From Candidatus Latescibacterota bacterium (GTDB taxonomy: Bacteria; Latescibacterota; UBA2968; UBA8231), in the NCBI GenBank assembly GCA_965203355.1, contig OZ241889.1:1184001-1248000 (forward strand): a stretch of DNA of 64,000 nt, written 5' to 3'. The translations under genes and the position numbers were made by a program. Of this stretch, positions 1 to 9,472 are shown in pieces. The stretch's first letter is position 1, and every line of letters begins with the position of its first letter. The notes beneath the pieces are model-generated. The model had not been told where the DNA came from. It searched no databases and saw only the letters and a program-made list of their open reading frames with translations.

Positions 1-56
1 ACGCCAAAGACAACGAAGGCAAGACGCCGGCGTACTACCGATCTTTATTAGATTAG
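1..56 (+). CDS. 3' end of an upstream ankyrin-repeat protein (partial)
   Basis: Reads AKDNEGKTPAYYRSLLD* (TAG at 54-56). AKDNEGKTP is a typical ankyrin repeat junction. Confidence 0.6.
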   Translation, partial: AKDNEGKTPAYYRSLLD

Positions 57-144
57 CGATAATGTAAAGTATGATTGCGGCGGCCTGACCGGGACATTCA
101 GACCGCTTCCTAACGCCCTTCCTTTAAGGAGGCAAGAGACGGCT

Positions 145-1773
145 ATGATGCGGGGAATGCTCGTTGCAGCTTTGATCTTTGGGCGCCTAGCAGCCAATGC
201 CAGTGAAGGCTATACACCGCTGCACGATGCGGCGTGGAAAAATGCGGCGGAGGCCGCTGAGGTTTTGCTCAAAAATGGGGCCGCTGTCAACGCTAAAACC
301 AATAAGGGCTATACGCCGTTGCACGAAGCGGCGTGGAAGAATGCGGCGGCGACCGCTGCGGTCTTGCTTCAGCATGGGGCCGCTGTCAACGCCCAAACCA
401 ATGAGGGCAGAACGCCGCTGCACGATGCGGCGTGGAAGAATTTTTCTGCGACCGTTGCGGTTTTGCTCCAGCACGGGGCCGATGTCAACGCCAAAAATCA
501 CAATGGCCTCACGCCGCTACACGAGGCGGCTTTGAAGAATGCTTCTGCGGCCGTTGCGGTTTTGCTTGAGCATGATGCCGCCGTCAACGCCAAAGACCAT
601 AATGGCCTCACGCCGCTGCACGGGGCGGCGGAAAGTAATGCTTCTGAGGCCGCGGAGGTTTTGCTCAAAAATGGGGCCGCTGCCAACGCTAAAACCAATA
701 AGGGCTACACGCCGTTGCACGAAGCAGCGGGCAGTAATTCTTCTGTGACCGCCGAGGTTTTGCTTGAGCATGATGCCGCTGTCAACGCCCAAACCAATGA
801 TGGCCTTACGCCGTTGCACGAGGCGGCGGAAAGTAATGCTTCTGCGGCCGTTGCGGTTTTGCTTGAGCATGGGGCCGCCGTCAACGCCCAAACCAATAAG
901 GGCAGAACGCCGCTGGCCGTTGCGGTAGAGGCCAATGCGGCGGCGGCGGCGGAAGTTTTGCTTGAGCATGGAGCCGCTGCCAACGCCCAAACCAATGAGA
1001 GCGGCACGCCGCTGCACGGGGCGGCGCGGAAGAATGCTTCAGCGGCGGCGGAAGTTTTGCTCAAGAACGGAGCCGCCGCCAACGCCCAAACCACCCATGG
1101 CGGCTTTACGCCGCTGCACCTTGCGGCAGTGATTAATGCGGCGGCTACTGCGGCGGTTCTGCTTGAGCATGGGGCCGCTGCCAACGCCAAAAACCACAAT
1201 GGCCTCACGCCACTGCACCTTGCAGCGAATGCTTTTGAGACCGCTGATGTTTTGCTCCGGCATGGGGCCGCTGCCAACGCCAGCGACCATGATGGCGGTA
1301 CGCCGCTACACCTTGCGGCAGTGATCAATGCGGCGACGGTGGCCGAGGTTTTGCTTGATCATGGGGCCGCTGTCAACGCCAAAAACCACAATGGCCTCAC
1401 GCCGTTGGACGTTGCGGTAGAGGCCGATGCGGCGGCGGTTGCGGCGGTTTTGCTCGAGCATGGGGCCGCTGCCAACGCCAAAAACCATGATGACGGCACA
1501 CTGCTGCACTTTGCGGCGGTGATTAACGCGGCGGCGGTCGCCGCGGTTTTGCTCAAAAACGGAGCCGCTGCCAACGCCCAAACCACCCATGGCGGCTTTA
1601 CGCCGCTGCACTTTGCGGCGGTGATGAATGCGGCGGCGGTCGCTGAGGTTTTGCTCAAAAATGGAGCCGCTGCCAACGCCAACGACCATAATGGTGCTAC
1701 GCCGCTGCACTTTGCGGTAGAGGCGAATGCTTCGGCGGCGGCGGCGGTTTTGGGTCGTTACGGTGCCCGGTAG
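145..1773 (+). CDS. Ankyrin-repeat protein, 16 repeats, probable N-terminal signal peptide
   Basis: 16 TPLH-type repeats of about 33 aa (..TPLHxAA..LLxxGAxVNA..). RBS AGGAGG at 127-132. Hydrophobic N-terminus MMRGMLVAALIFGRLAANA. Confidence 0.95.
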   Translation: MMRGMLVAALIFGRLAANASEGYTPLHDAAWKNAAEAAEVLLKNGAAVNAKTNKGYTPLHEAAWKNAAATAAVLLQHGAAVNAQTNEGRTPLHDAAWKNFSATVAVLLQHGADVNAKNHNGLTPLHEAALKNASAAVAVLLEHDAAVNAKDHNGLTPLHGAAESNASEAAEVLLKNGAAANAKTNKGYTPLHEAAGSNSSVTAEVLLEHDAAVNAQTNDGLTPLHEAAESNASAAVAVLLEHGAAVNAQTNKGRTPLAVAVEANAAAAAEVLLEHGAAANAQTNESGTPLHGAARKNASAAAEVLLKNGAAANAQTTHGGFTPLHLAAVINAAATAAVLLEHGAAANAKNHNGLTPLHLAANAFETADVLLRHGAAANASDHDGGTPLHLAAVINAATVAEVLLDHGAAVNAKNHNGLTPLDVAVEADAAAVAAVLLEHGAAANAKNHDDGTLLHFAAVINAAAVAAVLLKNGAAANAQTTHGGFTPLHFAAVMNAAAVAEVLLKNGAAANANDHNGATPLHFAVEANASAAAAVLGRYGAR

Positions 1774-2082
1774 TGTAACCTATTAGCGAAGGCCCTGCAT
1801 CCGATCTTGGCTTGAGATGCTAAGAGGTTTTTTAAAAAATATTCTTATTGTTTTTTAATCCCCCCAAAAGCCTAGTAGTAATGGAGTCTCGCCCGCGGAA
1901 AACGCCCGATCGAGGAACCGCTCGACGGCCCGTTGAAGTAGTCCGACGAGAGGTTTAAAAACGCTTCTAAGGAGTTCCCCGCACAGCAACCGGAACGGCG
2001 GTAGATTTTGCCGAGGTTTTCAACGACGATTTGGGGCGTGAACGCTAACATTGGCGGCACGTGGATGGGATGCAGCCGCCCG

Positions 2083-3624
2083 TTAATGCAGGCTGGCGAT
2101 AAAGGCATTGAGAAACGGCAAGAGTACCCCCACCAATGCTCCCAGTACCGCCCCCAGCAAATTGATATAGCGCAATTGATCGCTGATGATACCCTTGATC
2201 AGACGCTCCACCCGCAACAGATCGAACTTCATAATTTTGGCGTACACCATGTTTTGAACATCGAACCTTTCAATCAGTAACGGTACTTGTGTCGCTAACA
2301 CTTTTGTCGCTTTGTCCTGTGCCCACTGAACCAGCGCTTTCTCTTCGTCCAGTCGCAGGCCAGTCCACTTCCGCAACGGTGTGCGACTGTGCTGTAAGTG
2401 CTGTCGCAAAAAAGTGCTCAACCGTACGCTCCAGGGTTCAATTTTGTCCTTGGGCACTTGCAACGCCTTCGACAAATGCTGCCGCATGGTGCGTCGCGCC
2501 TTTTCTGGCACCATCTCGTCGAGTCGGTGCTTGCGGTACTTGTGGTAATGGTGGCGCAGAAAGCTCCCCAGCGCCTCCTGCGCCTCTCGGCTCGAAATCC
2601 AAGTCGCGGCCACCGATCCGACGCGCTGGGCCAAAACATGGCGATGCTCTCCCACCACCTCGACCACGGGCTTGCCCAATAAGTCATTGACGCCATTGAT
2701 GAGCTGTTTAGCGAGTTTCTCGCGCACTTCTTGGCTGTGCAAAAACTCTTGGGCCAGTTGGGGAATGCGCTGGCGCAATGCTTGGGTGATGTTTTCCCGA
2801 AAAAAGTGCAAGCCCAAATTGACGATCAGGCTCTTGAGCCAAGCCCCTTGTTCGGCGGACGCTGTAAGTGCTTTCAAGATTCGCTCGACCAGAGCCTCCA
2901 TATTCTCAGGATCCTTCAGCCAGCGGGCTATACGCACCATCATTTCCGGGATTTCGCGCTGCAATCGGTCGTGTAAAACATCGCGCAATTCCGCCGGGAC
3001 GATGTTTTCTAGCGGCGTATCCGATCCGAGGTAATCTTCCAATCGCTCCTGTAGGGTATGGGCCAAGTAATCTCGCGTTTCTCGCTGGGTCAGTACTCCG
3101 CCGGCCATGTCGATGAATTCATCGAGTTGTTCTGCCGACAGCACCTGTTCGACTTGCAGCGCACCCAAGTGCGTTTCCAGCGTGTCCAAAAGCCGCCGTT
3201 TTAACTCCAGTCCCGACTTGCTTTCGCTCCACTCAGCCATCCATTCGAGCCACCGTCGCGTTGCTTTATCCAAGCCCTCCTGTTGCCATTCCAGCGGTAA
3301 TTGAGCAAAACCAGAAGCCAAGCTAGCACTTAATACCGAGTCCATTTGAGTGGCGACAAAGCGATGCAAACTCTTCTGCAAAGTCGCGTTCTGCAACTGC
3401 TCGAACAAATAGTCTCGGGCCAACAAATCGGTCCCTACAACATTGGAGATATTGCTGGCTAGTTTCTCTTTATTGCGCGGAATGATTCCCTGCCAACCGA
3501 GGCTATACCAGCGCGGCCGCAGCGGACGGAACAGCGACTTGATGGCCAACCAATTGGTGCCAAAACCGATTAGTGCTCCCAGTGCGGCACTGGCGATGAT
3601 TTGGCTTACAGTGATCAAAGTCAT
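2083..3624 (-). CDS. DUF445 family membrane-anchored protein
   Basis: N-terminal GALIGFGTNWLAIKSLFRP...QGIIPR and C-terminal LRYINLLGAVLGALVG are the DUF445 signatures. Confidence 0.85.
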   Translation of the reverse strand: MTLITVSQIIASAALGALIGFGTNWLAIKSLFRPLRPRWYSLGWQGIIPRNKEKLASNISNVVGTDLLARDYLFEQLQNATLQKSLHRFVATQMDSVLSASLASGFAQLPLEWQQEGLDKATRRWLEWMAEWSESKSGLELKRRLLDTLETHLGALQVEQVLSAEQLDEFIDMAGGVLTQRETRDYLAHTLQERLEDYLGSDTPLENIVPAELRDVLHDRLQREIPEMMVRIARWLKDPENMEALVERILKALTASAEQGAWLKSLIVNLGLHFFRENITQALRQRIPQLAQEFLHSQEVREKLAKQLINGVNDLLGKPVVEVVGEHRHVLAQRVGSVAATWISSREAQEALGSFLRHHYHKYRKHRLDEMVPEKARRTMRQHLSKALQVPKDKIEPWSVRLSTFLRQHLQHSRTPLRKWTGLRLDEEKALVQWAQDKATKVLATQVPLLIERFDVQNMVYAKIMKFDLLRVERLIKGIISDQLRYINLLGAVLGALVGVLLPFLNAFIASLH

Positions 3625-3665
3625 TCTCGTTTATCGCACAATTTCACGTGTATCCTCCTCGTGCC

Positions 3666-5435
3666 TTACCCTTGCACTGGCTGCAAATTGAGCAGCACCA
3701 ACAGCCACACTCGGTGCCAATAGGCACTGTTGATGTACGGGCTGTACTCGGACGGCCAGTTGCGCCAGTAGGTTTGGTTGTGCGGAATGCGGTGATACCA
3801 CTGCAAGAGCGGGATCGACGGCAGTTCGGCGAGCCATATTTCCATGGCTTGGCGGTACAATTGCCCTAGCTGTGGATCGCGCGGGGCGATTGCTGCCATT
3901 TGATCGACGATTCGGTCGAATTCTTGGTTTTGCCAGCGCCAGAAGTACTCGGCGGGCGTGCCAGTCGGCTGCACGAAGCGGCTGTGGTAGAGCCGCAGCG
4001 TAAAGTACGGATCGCGCACGCTGCCGCCGTGCCCGTTGATAAAGGAACGTGCCGTGCCGTGCGACATGCGGGTATAGGTGTCCGGGGTGTTGCGGAAGTC
4101 CGCGTCAAAACCCGCGTGCTCTAGTTGCGCGACCAAGACCGGCGTGATGTCTTGGAAAATCGAGGAGATGTCGATGACCATCTTAAACGGCTCGCCGTCC
4201 TTAGTCCAATAGCCGCCTTCGGGCCGCTGCCAGCCCATGCCCTCCATTAGCGCCGCGCTCTTGGCGAGGTCAAAGACCCCGATCTCGTATCGCGCTAGCA
4301 AATCTTCGACCTCGCTGAAGTACGGGCGGAGCGCCGGATACGCGGGGAAGGGCAGGAGCGTCGAGGTGCCCGCTCCTTGCCAGCCGATTTCTACGAGTTG
4401 TTCGCGGTTGATGGCGTAGTTGATCGCCCGGCGCACATTCACGTCTGAGAAGGGGGCCTCTAAGTTGTTAAAGCCCAGCGAAATAGGCCAAAAATCCACG
4501 TAGCCATACGGCGGGGCCCGCCCGGTCCACGTCGTCACGCGGGGATTGCGGTCGAGTACGGTCTGGATGTTGGGTGGCCGGAGGTCTAGACAGGTATCTA
4601 TGTGATTGGTGATTAGGTTCTGGACGCGCTTGGATTCTTCCATGTAAGGCAGGTAGATGATGCGCTCGACTTTGGGCAGGGATTGGAAGCCGGTGGCCGC
4701 GGCCCACCAATCCGACCGCAAGTCCCAGATGCGCTGCTGCGGCGTGGATAGCACCAGCTTGTACGGCCCGGAAAACACCGGCCAGCCCTTTTGCGGATCG
4801 AAGTGGGTAAAGGTGTCTGGCGCCTGCCCTTCCCACACGTGCTTAGGCACGATCGGCACCCCATTGCCGAAGTTGTGGGTGAAATACGAAAAGACAAAGC
4901 GCGGGTTGGGGGCTGTCAGCGCGATGCGCGCCGTCAGGCTATCGACGGCTACGGCCTCTTGGACCCAGTTTTCCATGTCGGTCGAATAGGACAACAGGGG
5001 CGCGTGACGGCGGAGCATGTTGATCGTAAAGACCAAATCGTGCGCCGTCCACGGCTGTCCGTCGCTCCATTTGACCCCCGGGCGAATGGCGATTACCACT
5101 TCGGTATAGGCGTCGTTGAAGCGGTGGTCGGTGGCAATCCAAGGAATCAGTTTGCCCTCGAAGGCATTGTAAAAGTACAGCGGCTCAAAAACGAAGTTGT
5201 ACCCCGTGCGCGAAGTGGTTTCTGGCAGATAGGGATTGAACGAATTGTAGTCTTGAATCTGTCCGGCGCAGGTGCCGCTTTCGGCGCAGTCCACGATCAA
5301 GGTGCGGTTCCGCGGGACTTGGACCAGCGCCGTTTCCTCGGCGTTCTCGCGCGGGTCGGCCGCTTGGTCGGAGGGGGTGTCGCCGCAGCCGCTGAGCAGC
5401 CACAAGCTGAGCAATGTGCAGGGGATGCGTTTCAT
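3666..5435 (-). CDS. ABC transporter substrate-binding lipoprotein (family 5, peptide/sugar)
   Basis: Lipobox LLSGC; GVKWSDGQPWTAHDLVFT motif; VRRAINYAINR. No permease genes nearby. Confidence 0.9.
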   Translation of the reverse strand: MKRIPCTLLSLWLLSGCGDTPSDQAADPRENAEETALVQVPRNRTLIVDCAESGTCAGQIQDYNSFNPYLPETTSRTGYNFVFEPLYFYNAFEGKLIPWIATDHRFNDAYTEVVIAIRPGVKWSDGQPWTAHDLVFTINMLRRHAPLLSYSTDMENWVQEAVAVDSLTARIALTAPNPRFVFSYFTHNFGNGVPIVPKHVWEGQAPDTFTHFDPQKGWPVFSGPYKLVLSTPQQRIWDLRSDWWAAATGFQSLPKVERIIYLPYMEESKRVQNLITNHIDTCLDLRPPNIQTVLDRNPRVTTWTGRAPPYGYVDFWPISLGFNNLEAPFSDVNVRRAINYAINREQLVEIGWQGAGTSTLLPFPAYPALRPYFSEVEDLLARYEIGVFDLAKSAALMEGMGWQRPEGGYWTKDGEPFKMVIDISSIFQDITPVLVAQLEHAGFDADFRNTPDTYTRMSHGTARSFINGHGGSVRDPYFTLRLYHSRFVQPTGTPAEYFWRWQNQEFDRIVDQMAAIAPRDPQLGQLYRQAMEIWLAELPSIPLLQWYHRIPHNQTYWRNWPSEYSPYINSAYWHRVWLLVLLNLQPVQG

Positions 5436-5445
5436 AATTGGGCCT

Positions 5446-5538
5446 CGTCTCGTTTAACCTCGCGTTGAACCTTTTGGCAGCTACTGGTCACTGGCTACTG
5501 ACCACTGATCACTGTATCCGTCTCGTTTAACCTCGCGT
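5446..5538. repeat. 20-bp direct repeat flanking a degenerate heptamer array
   Basis: CGTCTCGTTTAACCTCGCGT at 5446-5465 and 5519-5538. Between them lies ctactgg tcactgg ctactga ccactga tcactg. Confidence 0.85.
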
Positions 5539-5671
5539 AGTGGTCGCCAAAAGTATCAACGCGCGTTGGGAGGGTCAACCGACTTGAGTGCCGCGGCCGC
5601 CCCGCCTATACTACCTTCATCCGAGCTCAATGCGGTCATACTGCACTCTATATAACCCCAAGGAAAAAGCC

Positions 5672-7276
5672 ATGTACGACCTGCTAATCCGCAACGCTCA
5701 ACTCCTCGACGGCAGCGGCCAGCCCGCTTTTCGCGGCGACATCGCCATTGAGCAGGGCCGCATCGTGGCCATTGGCGACCTTGCGGCCGCCGAAGCGAGT
5801 CGCACTATCGCGGCCGAGGGCTGCATCGCCTGCCCCGGCTTCATCGACATCCACACGCATTCGGACCTGACCCTGGCCCTCGATGGTCGCGCCCTCAGTT
5901 CCCTGATGCAGGGCATTACGACTCAAGTCATGGGCAACTGCGGCGTCTCGGCCGCACCGACCCGCGACTACGAGCCGTACTACGGCCCGCTCGACCCGGC
6001 CATGACCCGTGGCTTGGAGTGCGATTGGACTCATTTCGGCGATTATTTTCAGCGGCTCGAAGCCAATGGGCTGGGCACGAATACCGCGACCTTGGTCGGC
6101 CACGGCAACGTGCGCGTCGCCGCTATGGGCTACGACGACCGCCCGCCGACTGCGGCGGAAATGGAGCAGATGAAGACGCTCGTTGCCCGCGCCATGGAAG
6201 ATGGCGCGCTGGGCTTGTCGTCGGGCTTGGCGTACGCGCCCGGCCCGTATGCGGCGCTGGCAGAACTCGTTGAGTTGGGCAAGGTCGTGTCTGAGTACGG
6301 CGGCATCTACACCTCGCACATCCGCAACCAGACCGAGTCGATTGCCCAAGCGGTCGGCGAGGTCATCGCCGTGGGCGAGCAAGCCGCGGTTGCCGCTCAT
6401 GTCTCGCACATGCAGCCGGGTGCGCCGATGATCGGTGCGACCCGCGAGCTGCTCGCCGCAATGGACCAGAAGCGCCGCGAGGGCTGCGACATTAGCTGCG
6501 ACGCCATTCCCTATACGGTCGGCAGCACCACCCTCAAGTCGCTGTTGCCCCCTTGGGCTTTGGCCGGCGGCGACGAGGAACTGCTGAGGAGGCTGCAAGA
6601 CCCAGCGGCCCGCGCCAAAATCGAACAGGACACCAAGCAGTACGGGGCTGAGAGCGGCGGTAGCCGCAAGCGCAACTTGGCGCGGGATGGGCAATGGGAC
6701 CAGATCTGGCTGGGCAGTGCCGAGCAAAACGCCGCCTTAGTCGGGCTGAGCTTTGCCGAGATTGGTCGGCGGCGCGGTCAAACCCCTCACGACGCGGTTT
6801 GCGACATCCTCGTCGAAGAGCGTGCGCGGCCGTGGATGCTGGCCGAGGACGTGTCTGAAGAGGACTTCCTCAACATCGCCCGCCACTCCATGGGCGGCGT
6901 CATCTCCGATGGCTTCTCGCTGGCGCCTGAAGGCACCTTGGCCGAAGGCAAGCACCACCCTCGCTCTTATGGGGCTTTCCCCTACTTCTTGCGCCGCTTC
7001 GTCCGCGAGCAAGGCTCGCTGCGCTGGGAAGAGGCCATCCACAAACTCACGGGCCACCCGGCCGCCCGCTTCCGCTTGCATGCGCGCGGCCTGTTGCGCG
7101 AAGGCTACTGGGCCGACCTCGTGGTCTTCGATCCCGCCGCCATCGGCGAGTGCGCCGATTTTGCCGACCCCTACCGCTATCCGCAAGGCATTGACTGCGT
7201 AATTGTCAATGGGCGGATCGCGGTGGAACGAGGAGCAGTAGCCGACAGCCGCGCCGGACAGATCGTCCGGGCCTGA
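5672..7276 (+). CDS. N-acyl-D-amino-acid deacylase (D-aminoacylase) family amidohydrolase
   Basis: PGFIDIHTHSD, GNCG, HPRSYGAF and GYWADLVVFDP motifs. ATG 5672 follows AAGGA. Confidence 0.9.
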   Translation: MYDLLIRNAQLLDGSGQPAFRGDIAIEQGRIVAIGDLAAAEASRTIAAEGCIACPGFIDIHTHSDLTLALDGRALSSLMQGITTQVMGNCGVSAAPTRDYEPYYGPLDPAMTRGLECDWTHFGDYFQRLEANGLGTNTATLVGHGNVRVAAMGYDDRPPTAAEMEQMKTLVARAMEDGALGLSSGLAYAPGPYAALAELVELGKVVSEYGGIYTSHIRNQTESIAQAVGEVIAVGEQAAVAAHVSHMQPGAPMIGATRELLAAMDQKRREGCDISCDAIPYTVGSTTLKSLLPPWALAGGDEELLRRLQDPAARAKIEQDTKQYGAESGGSRKRNLARDGQWDQIWLGSAEQNAALVGLSFAEIGRRRGQTPHDAVCDILVEERARPWMLAEDVSEEDFLNIARHSMGGVISDGFSLAPEGTLAEGKHHPRSYGAFPYFLRRFVREQGSLRWEEAIHKLTGHPAARFRLHARGLLREGYWADLVVFDPAAIGECADFADPYRYPQGIDCVIVNGRIAVERGAVADSRAGQIVRA

Positions 7277-7296
7277 GCCGGGCGGCTCCTTTTCTT
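7275..7296 (+). terminator. Possible intrinsic terminator
   Basis: GAGCC-GGGC-GGCTC hairpin followed by CTTTTCTT at the aminoacylase stop codon. Confidence 0.4.
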
Positions 7297-7467
7297 GACC
7301 TGACGGAAGCCGTCAACGACATTGCAAAGGCCATTGTGGATTCAGGGCGGCTGCCGCCGGGATCAGCACGTGACTAATTCAGTATAGATATTCTGTTGAC
7401 TTAGCCTTGTCGACACATTGCCAATGCGACAATTGTGAAGGAACTCCGCATTTTCTAGGGGCTTACC

Positions 7468-8562
7468 ATGCTAAAGCGAATTCACATTGATAACTACAAG
7501 TGCCTTACCAATTTCGATCTGCGTTTTGGGGAACTAACGTTGCTGCTTGGAGCAAATGGATGTGGTAAGTCAGCCGTATTTGAGGTTGTGGGGAAATTGC
7601 GCGACTTTGTACGCGGCGATGCACGGGTCAATGACTTGTTTCCCGCTGCTGACATCACGCGCTGGAGTACAAAACTCGAGCAACACTTTGAATTGGAAGT
7701 GGCCATCCCCGGTGCAGTATGCCTTTACCGGCTTGTAATTGAACACAACTTGGAAAGACGATTCGCACGAGTAATACGCGAAGAGCTCCTGTCCGATGAC
7801 AAGCCACTCTTTGTCTTTTTTAACGGCGACGTACAACTCTACCGCGATGATCATAGTGAGGGGCCAAAATACTCTTTCGATTGGACACAATCGGGTCTTG
7901 CTCCCGTGGCCGAACGGCACGACAATACCCGGTTGTGTGCATTCCGAGATCAAGTCCGCCGTTTTGTGACGCTTTTCTTAGAGACTAAACGCATGAGGAG
8001 CGGTTCGGACTCCGACACTGACCGGATCAGCGACAGCGGCGAGAATTTTGCTTCGTGGTATCAGGGGTGCTTACAAGAGAATCCGAACCCGATCTTTGAG
8101 GCGATGAATCACCTAGGCGACGTCCTGCCCGGTTTCACTGGCCTGAGGCTTGTACAAAAAGGTAGTGATTACAGGGAACTGTACGCCGATTTTTCTCCAA
8201 AAGATGGAAAAGCAGGTAGCAGCTATCGGTTTGATCAACTCTCAGACGGTCAGCGTGCATTGATCACACTGCATTTGCTGCTCTTTGCCGGTGATACTGA
8301 GCGCACTTTGTTTTTGGATGAGCCGGACAACTATATAACCCTCCCGGAATTGCAGCCTTGGCTCGCCGAGTTAGAGGATGGCTGTGGCGACACGCTGCCA
8401 CAGACGATATTGATTTCGCATCACCCCGAAGCGATTGATTTTCTCAGCCGTCAGGCGGTTTGGTTGGGGCGCGAACCGGAGAGTCATACGCGCATCTTGG
8501 ATGTCAAAAACGATACGATGTTAAAAGCATCCGAACTCTACGCCCAAGGGCTTGTACCGTGA
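7468..8562 (+). CDS. ABC/AAA_21-type ATPase (defence-associated)
   Basis: Walker A GANGCGKS, signature LSDGQ, Walker B LFLDEPDN and ISHHP switch. Visibly lower GC than the flanks. Confidence 0.85.
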   Translation: MLKRIHIDNYKCLTNFDLRFGELTLLLGANGCGKSAVFEVVGKLRDFVRGDARVNDLFPAADITRWSTKLEQHFELEVAIPGAVCLYRLVIEHNLERRFARVIREELLSDDKPLFVFFNGDVQLYRDDHSEGPKYSFDWTQSGLAPVAERHDNTRLCAFRDQVRRFVTLFLETKRMRSGSDSDTDRISDSGENFASWYQGCLQENPNPIFEAMNHLGDVLPGFTGLRLVQKGSDYRELYADFSPKDGKAGSSYRFDQLSDGQRALITLHLLLFAGDTERTLFLDEPDNYITLPELQPWLAELEDGCGDTLPQTILISHHPEAIDFLSRQAVWLGREPESHTRILDVKNDTMLKASELYAQGLVP

Positions 8563-9071
8563 ATCACCCTAAAATAACCGTCCTCTGCGAAGACAAACAG
8601 CACGAAACTTTTATCCGAAGATTTCTTAGAAAACGCAATCGCAAGATATACGCTGTGCCGAGAACCGGCGCAGGCGCGGGTGATCAATTCGTGCGGGATA
8701 ACTATCCTGCACAACTGGACGCTGTCCGCAAACGCGGTGGTATTCTTGTGGTGATGATTGATGGAGATGAAAACGGCATCAAGCAACGGCAGAAACAAAT
8801 AGATGAGGCCTGCAAGCAAAGGGGTATTTCGCCGCGTAAACCAAGAGACAAGGTCGCCATCTTTGTTCCCATGCGTAATATCGAAACTTGGCTTGCCTAT
8901 CTAGATGGCGAGGATGTGAACGAGACGGACACATACCCTCGACTTGAGCGAGAGCGGCAATGTCGAAGACACGTTGACATTCTTTATCAGATGTGCATTG
9001 AGGAGCAGTTGCGAGCTCCTGCGCCAGCATCGTTAGAAGCGGCCTGTCGTGAATATGACAACGTCTTTTGA
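8559..9071 (+). CDS. TOPRIM-like (DUF4276/RloB-like) partner of the ATPase
   Basis: GTGA overlap with the ATPase stop. VLCED, VMIDGD (DxD) and NIETWL motifs. Confidence 0.65.
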   Translation: MNHPKITVLCEDKQHETFIRRFLRKRNRKIYAVPRTGAGAGDQFVRDNYPAQLDAVRKRGGILVVMIDGDENGIKQRQKQIDEACKQRGISPRKPRDKVAIFVPMRNIETWLAYLDGEDVNETDTYPRLERERQCRRHVDILYQMCIEEQLRAPAPASLEAACREYDNVF

Positions 9072-9364
9072 TCGTATTGAAGTCCCATACCTACAGCACC
9101 ACCTTGCTGAATTTCGTGAGGATCGGTCGCGTTGAGTTACTCGGTCAGCTTGGCGCATCGGTCGTGCTGCTCGACCAAGTTCTCGCTGAAGTGAGGCGTC
9201 CAGTAGTTGACAATGCTGTGGCGGCTGGCACATTTGCTCTACAGATCGTTCGCAATCCAGTGGAAGTTACTCTGTTTGCAGAACTTAGTGCGGGTGGGCG
9301 GCTTGGTGCTGGCGAAGGAAAGAATGGGCCTCACCACAAAGGTAAGAACACCAAATACCGATAG
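9068..9364 (+). pseudogene. Truncated PIN-domain (DUF3368-like) toxin relic
   Basis: TTLLNFVRIGRVELL...QVLAEV...LGAGE resembles a PIN N-half. The first catalytic Asp is absent and similarity stops after LGAGE. Confidence 0.55.
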
Positions 9365-9472
9365 TAATCCATGCTCATCCTGCACTGGCTAACGCGAAAT
9401 ACCGACCGCCACGCTGCCGCCCGCGTCAACCGAGCGTCCGGGGTGCGGCAGCAGTTGGCGGATATGCTGTAG

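Noticed and set aside
187-1710. Repetitive alternative-frame and antisense ORFs over the ankyrin gene
   Set aside because: Shadows of a GC-rich repetitive coding sequence.
1872-2108. 78-aa minus-strand ORF
   Set aside because: No recognisable motif or RBS, and it overlaps the DUF445 gene end.
5684-6727. Long antisense ORFs (also 15792-16802, 36545-37795, 33810-34784)
   Set aside because: Fully overlap well-supported genes; typical stop-poor reverse frames in high-GC DNA.
7294-7377. Short protein-like tail LDLTEAVNDIAKAIVDSGRLPPGSARD*
   Set aside because: May be a gene scar at the islet border but is too short to assign.
7407-7432. Imperfect palindrome TTGTCG..CATTG-C-CAATG-CGACAA upstream of the ATPase
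   Set aside because: Possible operator, but asymmetric and with no cognate regulator nearby.
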